Below, one piece after another: positions 49,732 to 64,000 of a DNA stretch of 64,000 nucleotides. Below the pieces are notes generated by a model. That model searched no databases, had not been told where the DNA came from, and was given only the letters and a program-made list of their open reading frames with translations. This stretch comes from the human T2T-CHM13v2.0 reference genome, Homo sapiens. Position 1 is the stretch's first letter. Each line of letters begins with the position of its first letter. The stretch lies in the NCBI RefSeq assembly GCF_009914755.1, contig NC_060947.1, one strand, 5' to 3'. A program made the translations under genes and the position numbers.

Positions 49732-50746
49732 TGCATGCATGCACACACGTGCACATGCATGATCGCACATGTGCATGCACCCCAATGCACACATGTACAC
49801 ATATTCCAGAAAATTCATAGAATCACCAAATTATCACAGATTTATTCAAAGCTTGCTCCAAAGAGAATTATTTTTGCTAATTAAGTTAACTTTACTAATT
49901 AAACTATTTTTCCCATTGGTTCCCCCAGTACCTTCTGTTCCTTTAGTGTCACCCCCCAAAAAATTGCAGAGGACCGCTTTGGGCCATTATCGCATAATTC
50001 TCTCAGACAGAAGGGGTGGTTTTCCTTCCTCTTTCGTCTGTCGGGTATTTTAAGATTGTCATCATCTGTTATGCGAAAAAAAAATCAAACTTTCATTTTT
50101 ATGTTAATTTCCATGAGCTAAACGTTCATTTTGTTTTACTGACATTTATAGAAACAGGTTTTTTAGAAGTCTGTTACTCAAAGTTAAGTGGATGCAACCT
50201 GAAGAGGGGTACCTCGTCCCCTGAAATCTATGATAACATCCTCCTTGGTAGGGAGGCTCTGGTCCCATGATGGGATTTTTGCTGACCTAGAAGAAGAAAT
50301 ATAAGAGGCATACGGGTACGCCAGATGGTGAAAAATAGGTTTACAGCACCAAAATAGTGTTGTTTCTTCTTTATTAAAAACTAGGCTAGTATTGAATGCC
50401 AGAAGGCGCGAAATCCAGCACTGAGGAAGAATCTCCACATTTAGCATTCATCTTGGCACGCATGACAAGGCAGGGGACAGTGGGCGCCCCAGCCTGGTGG
50501 GGGGCATTGCTGCAGGCTGGCTTCTGCGGCACACAGGATCTGGGAGGTCCGAGGCTGGGAAGGCCAGCTTGGCCCCCGTTCCCCATCCCCACCACCATCA
50601 GACTGGAAGTCCGCAGCTCTGTACACTCTGACTCACCGCATCTCCTTCATACTAGATTCTAATGTCCAAGAACCAGGAAGGCTGGAACCTTGACCTCCAA
50701 GAAGTCCTAGCTTCTTCAGTGTCATTGTTGGTAACTGCCATCTTTA

Positions 50747-51052
<306 letters not shown>

Positions 51053-51149
51053 TTAGCAACCAGTCTCCTTCGAGGTCTCCAATTGAGAAACTAGAATTCA
51101 AGAGGGTTAGGCTCTTCGCCAGCAAAATCCTTATCACCTGCGTCATCCC

Positions 51150-52309
<1,160 letters not shown>

Positions 52310-52571
52310 TAACCACCTCGGCCTCCCAAAGTGCTGGGATTACAGGTGTGAGCCACCATGCCCGGCCTTAAAAAGATTTTCTTGTGATAAAATATACATA
52401 AAATTTGCCATTGTAACCATTTTTATGTATACAGTTCAGTGGCGTTAAGTACATTTTTAATGCCACTGAACTGTATCTAGCACACGATCATGGTTCACTG
52501 CAGCTTCAACCTCCTGGACTCAAGCAAATCCTCCCACCTCAGCCTCCCAAGTAGCTGGGACTACAAGCTAA

Positions 52572-52826
<255 letters not shown>

Positions 52827-53010
52827 TAGGCATGAAGCATGGACATCCATTTAGAAATGTGATTGGGCCGGGCATGGTGGCTCACGCCTGTAATCCTAGC
52901 ACTTTGGGAGGCTGAAGCGGGTGGATCACCCGAGGTCAGGGATTCAAGACCAGCCTGGTCAACATGGTGAAACCCTGTCTCTACTAAAAATACAAAATTA
53001 GTCGGGCTTA

Positions 53011-53196
<186 letters not shown>

Positions 53197-53307
53197 CTAA
53201 GCCTAGCAAGGCCTGTCTGTTCAGATTCTTCTTGGCCTCTCTGTGTGGCATTCCCTCCTCCCGGATATGGGGCGGGATCTCTTCTGAAATGGAGGTCTTA
53301 TAACCTA

Positions 53308-54713
<1,406 letters not shown>

Positions 54714-54742
54714 CCTACAATCACACAAGATAGGCCAGATAA

Positions 54743-54868
<126 letters not shown>

Positions 54869-55146
54869 TGAGTAGCTGGGACTACAGGTGTGCACTACCA
54901 CGCCCAGCTAATTTTTTGTATTTTAGTAGGGACGGGGTTTCACCCTGTTGGCCAGGATGGTCTCAATCTCCTGACCTTGTGATCCACCCACCTCGGCCTC
55001 CCAAAGTGCTGGGATTACAGGGGTGAGCCACCTCACCTGGCCAGAGAATTTCTTTATAGCCAGCTCCAAGACAGGTAATTTATAAAGAAAAGAGGTTTAT
55101 TTGGCTCAAGGCAGGAGAATATTAGAGTATATTTTAGTTTCTAAGG

Positions 55147-55511
55147 TACTATGGTTTGGATACTTAATCCCTCCAAATTTCACGTGGAAATGTGGCCCCC
55201 AGTATTGGAGGTGGGGCCTGGTGGGAGGTGTTTGGGTCATGGGGGTGGATCCCTCGTGAATGGCTTGGTGTTGTCCTCGCTGTAATGAGTGCTCTCTCTC
55301 TCTTGCTTCCTGTCTCTCCATGTGATCTGCACATGCCATATCCCCTTCCCCTTCCGCCACGATTAGAAGCTTCCTGAGGCCTCACCAGAAGCAGATACTG
55401 GAGCCATGCTTCTTGCATAGCCTACAGAACCGTGAGCCAAATAAACCTCTTTTCTTTATAAACTACCCAGCTTCAGGAATCCCTTTACGGCAATGCAAAA
55501 GAACTAAGATA
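55147..55511 (+). mobile_element. MSTB-type MaLR solo LTR
   Basis: ctatggtttggat...ggaggtggggcctggtgggaggtgtttgggtcatggggg...gagccaaataaacctcttttctttataa. Confidence 0.85.
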
Positions 55512-55748
55512 TACAGGCTGCCTTGGAGAGAAAAAGGAGCAGGTGAAAGGAGGGCAGGAGAAGCTCAGAGAGAGAGAGATTCTGTTTTCTGAGGCCTAAA
55601 GCACCCCAATGTTATGACAAGAGAATGTCTTTCACCTTTATGGCTCTGAAGGCTGTTCTGAAGCTGCTTCAGGAACTAAGGACAAAAGGCCAAATGTTAT
55701 TTATTTATGTATTTATTTATTTTTTATTTTTTATTTCTTTTAAGATGA

Positions 55749-55904
<156 letters not shown>

Positions 55905-55936
55905 TAATAGAGACGGGGTTTCACCATGTTGGCTAG

Positions 55937-56035
<99 letters not shown>

Positions 56036-56133
56036 TAAAATATATACCTATTGTTTTAGTCACTTAGGAAATAACAAGGGCCATGGCACTTATCAACCAG
56101 GAAGTGTGAACAAAAACCAATATAAATATATCA

Positions 56134-56484
<351 letters not shown>

Positions 56485-56539
56485 CTACAAAAGCGAAACT
56501 GCATCTCAAAAAACAAAGCAAAACAAAACACCCCAAAAT

Positions 56540-57380
<841 letters not shown>

Positions 57381-57528
57381 TTTGGCTTGCTAGAAAACAA
57401 ATAGAGAAGCCGGGCGCAGTAGCTCATGCCTGTAATCCCAGCACTCTGGGAGGACGAGATGGGTGGATCACCTGAGGTCAGGAGTTTGAGACCCATCTGA
57501 CCAACATGGTGAAACCCCGTCTCTACTA

Positions 57529-57771
<243 letters not shown>

Positions 57772-58119
57772 TCATTGCCATGCCTGCTCTAGCCCCAGCA
57801 GTAAGAATTGCTTCTTACTGGACTCAGCGTCAGCAGTGCAATTCTTACTGCACTGATTTAGTGAGCATGACTTAGCGATCACTCAGACAACTGCTCTCCC
57901 ACGTGAGGATGGTGAAAAAATGACGCTGCAGCCAGCGTCAGAAGTTTCGTTTTATAAGCAGTCGTGCTGTGCTGTGCTGGCAATGGTGCCCTGTGGTTAC
58001 CACTTTCTTACAGAGCTCACAGAAGGTGTGCTTCAGCTTTGGGATGCTGAGATGAATGGGCTTTGGAGAGAATTTGACAGTTCAAAAAAAACACTTCCAT
58101 TTTTAGACATGCATATTTA

Positions 58120-58524
<405 letters not shown>

Positions 58525-58557
58525 TTACTATCATTCCCATTCCATTTCGTTGAGACT

Positions 58558-59218
58558 TGTAACCGAAAGAGGGTCAGGTTGCTTGCCACTTGCAGAAAGA
58601 AGCCAAAATAAGAGCAAGGTGTGTTAAAAAGAAAGTAAATTTCATTATCCGTTGCTAGCAAGGAAAGGCTGGCCAGAATCCTTTCCAAAAATTGCCATTT
58701 TCCAATTTCTGGAGAGGGGGCCCTGGTTTAAGAAGAGGGGCTTGGACTGCAGAAGAGGCACGGGGGGCTAGGAGGTACCAGGTGGCATGTCTCGCTCCAA
58801 TGGCTTCTTTTGAATTATTGTTCCATCTGCTGAAGGGGCCAGCACCATCATGAGTCCACGCAGCTCACAAATCAATCGCAGTCAATCTCTAGCTGAGAGT
58901 GAACTCCAGCCTTGAAGTAACCTCCTGCTGAGGAGAGAATTCCAGGGATATCTGGTCCGTGTCAGAATTCAGCTCTGGAAACTTCTAAGGAAATCTATAA
59001 CCAGATAAGTGAGCATGGTGTGAGTTTAGCAAGCATCCAGGTAAATAAGTGTGCATGACACATGAGAGCATAATGTTGGAAAGGGAAGGGCGTTTGAAAG
59101 CACGTTTCGTAAGACCAAAGAAAACACACCTGCAGTTTGTCTCAAAGCTACGTCTTGAGACTGAGGAGAAAGGAGGAAAGGAAAACAAGTTTTTAAAACA
59201 CAGTTTGAAGCTAAGCTG
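58558..59218 (-). mobile_element. ERV1 LTR (MER66-like)
   Basis: Starts tgtaaccg; tgcagtttgtctcaaagctacgtcttgagactgaggagaaagg resembles a recalled MER66 end. Confidence 0.45.
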
Positions 59219-59342
59219 GGTCTAACTCTATTGCCCAGGCTGGAGTACAGTGGCGCAATCACGGCTGACTGCAGCCTCGACTTCCCAGGACCAAGTGATC
59301 CTCCCACCTCAGCCTCCTGAGTAGCTGAGACTACAGGCATGA

Positions 59343-59667
<325 letters not shown>

Positions 59668-60036
59668 TTAACAAAAAGTTAGCCGGGCATGGTGGTGTGC
59701 GCCTGTGGTGGCCCAGCTACTCAGGAGGCTGGAAATGGGAGGGTCACTTGAGTCCTAGAAGCCGAGGTGCAGTGAGCTATGATCACGCCACTGCACTCCA
59801 GGTAGGCAACAGAGACCCCGTCTCTACAAAAAAGAAAAAAAATGGTCACAGCCATGCATCAGCAGATGTCCAATAATTCCAATGATAGCTGTAATAGTAA
59901 GAAAATGACAGGCCCGGCCGAGCGTGGTCGCTCACGCCTGTAATCCTGACACTTTGGGAGGCCGAGGAGGGCGGATCATCTGAGGTCAAGAGTTGGAGAC
60001 CAGCCTGGCTAACATGGTGAAACCCTGTCTCTACTA

Positions 60037-60562
<526 letters not shown>

Positions 60563-60565
60563 CTA

Positions 60566-61001
<436 letters not shown>

Positions 61002-62433
61002 TATAGTGAGACCCTATCTCTACAAAAAATACACACATTAACTGGGTGTAGTGGCACGTACCTTTGGTCCCAGCTATTTGGGAGGCTGAGGTGGGAGGAT
61101 CACTTGAGCTTGGGAGGTTGAGGCTGCAGGATTGCACCACTGCACTCCAGCCTGGGAGACAGAGTGAGATCCTATCTCAAAAAAAAAAAAAAGAAAAGAA
61201 AAAGAAAAAAGAAAAACAAAAAAACCAACATGTCCTTAAGGGAGCCCTGAGATGGCAATTCCCTCTGTTCTCAGGGTGGCAGGGCAGGGGCCCTGGAATA
61301 GTCAACTCTAGATGTTTCAAGAGGGCATCCAGTGTGGTAGACTCTGGCTGTGTCTCCCACACTCCCCACAGGTGGTGAGCACGAGTGACCAACTGGCCAA
61401 GGAGGGCTCTGCCATTAGACACTATTTCAGTGCCCCTTCTCATCATGGACAAGGGTCCACAGAACTGCCGGGGGCAGAAGGTTCTTCCAGGTTCCCAAAG
61501 GCTCAGGGCAGATCAAGGTGTAGCCAACAGATAGGGATGGGAAGAGGTGGCCTGGTAGGGCGATACCTCCACACCATGCCCTGAAACACCATCACCACAC
61601 AGATCAGAAACCTCTGTCTTTTTGTGGCTGGTACGTAATTTTTTTTTTTTTTTTTTTTTTGAGACGGAGTTTCGCTCTTCTTGCCCAGGCTGGAGTACAA
61701 TGGTGCAATCTCGGCTCACCGCAACCTCCACTACTGGGTTCAAGCAATTCTCCTGCCTCAGCCTCCCAAGTAGCTGGGATTACAGGCATGCGCCACCACG
61801 CCCAGCTAATTTTTGTATTTTTTTAGTAGAGACAGGGTTTCTCTGTGTTGGTCAGGCTGGTCTCGAACTCCCAACCTCAGGTGATCCACCCACCTTGGCC
61901 TCCCAAAGTGCTGGGATTACAGGTGTGAGCCACCGCGCCCAGCCTGCTGGTGTGTAATTTTATGGTGCCCAAGCCAACTGCAGCACGGCTGCTCTCATAA
62001 TGCAGGTACCTCTGCAAATTAGACCTTCATCATTGTTTTGAAATGTCTAATAGGAAAAGATAGTTCAGATTCAAAATCCATTCACATTACATAAGAAATG
62101 TAAACATTCCACTTGTCCACAAAAGAAAGAGCTGTCAGATTCTTAGTTTTTTTGTTTTTTGTTTTTTTTGTTTTTTCCGGACAGGGTCTCACTCTGTCGA
62201 CCAGGCCAAAGTGCAGTGGTACTATCTCGGCTCACTGCAGCCTCTGCCTCCTGGGTTCAAGTGATTCTCCTGCCTCAGCTTCCTGAGTAGCTGGGATTAC
62301 AGGCACGTGCCACCATGCCTGGCTACCAGGTTCTTTAAATATAATATCAACTGTTGCAAAATTGTAAATGGATGATAAAAAATGTTAAACGTTAACTTGT
62401 GCTAACACAACTTCCCCTTGATGGTAGCTATCA

Positions 62434-62727
<294 letters not shown>

Positions 62728-62827
62728 TCAAAAAATAAAAAAGTATTTGAAGTGTTCAGCAGTTCAGCATAAGTCCAGGTCAGAAATTGCCACTGTAAGC
62801 ATAAAACCTCATATAAAGAGTTTTGTT

Positions 62828-63843
<1,016 letters not shown>

Positions 63844-64000
63844 GTTGGCTGGGCACAGTGGCTTACACCTGTAATCCCAGCACTTTGGGAGGCTGAGGTG
63901 GGCAGATCACCTGAGGTCAGGAGTTTGAAACCAGCCTGGCCAACATGGTGAAACCCATCTCTACTAAAAGTACAAAAATTAGCTGGGCATGGCCAGGCAC

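Overview
Human/hominoid genomic DNA, not microbial. Bases ~2.5-28.6 kb hold the last 13 exons of the deubiquitinase gene USP9X on the + strand (inferred exons 33-45, all GT-AG, frame continuous across junctions). They encode the zinc-ribbon CxxC pairs, the His/Asp boxes of the USP domain and the C-terminus ...[10 protein letters not shown], followed by a ~4 kb 3'UTR. An alternative donor on exon 43 adds 16 aa. The introns contain a 5'-truncated SVA, a ~100 bp L1PA tail, MER82, Tigger2, L2, L1M, MIR and many Alus. Downstream (29-64 kb) is intergenic and very Alu-dense (about 55 of roughly 74 Alus counted by eye). It carries an orphan CpG island with a strong CTCF motif (~45.6-45.9 kb), a hAT (Zaphod-like) relic and a nested LTR cluster (51-61 kb). 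Nearly all ORFs in the supplied track outside the exons are repeat-derived. I found no convincing new biological system. The best leads are: a possible intronic polyadenylation isoform ending just after the catalytic domain, the sense SVA between the zinc-finger exons, the orphan CpG/CTCF element, a cluster of overlapping hairpins at 57.8-57.9 kb, and local template-switch (inverted-copy) scars. Repeat family names are recalled from consensus sequences, not searched, and repeat boundaries are approximate.
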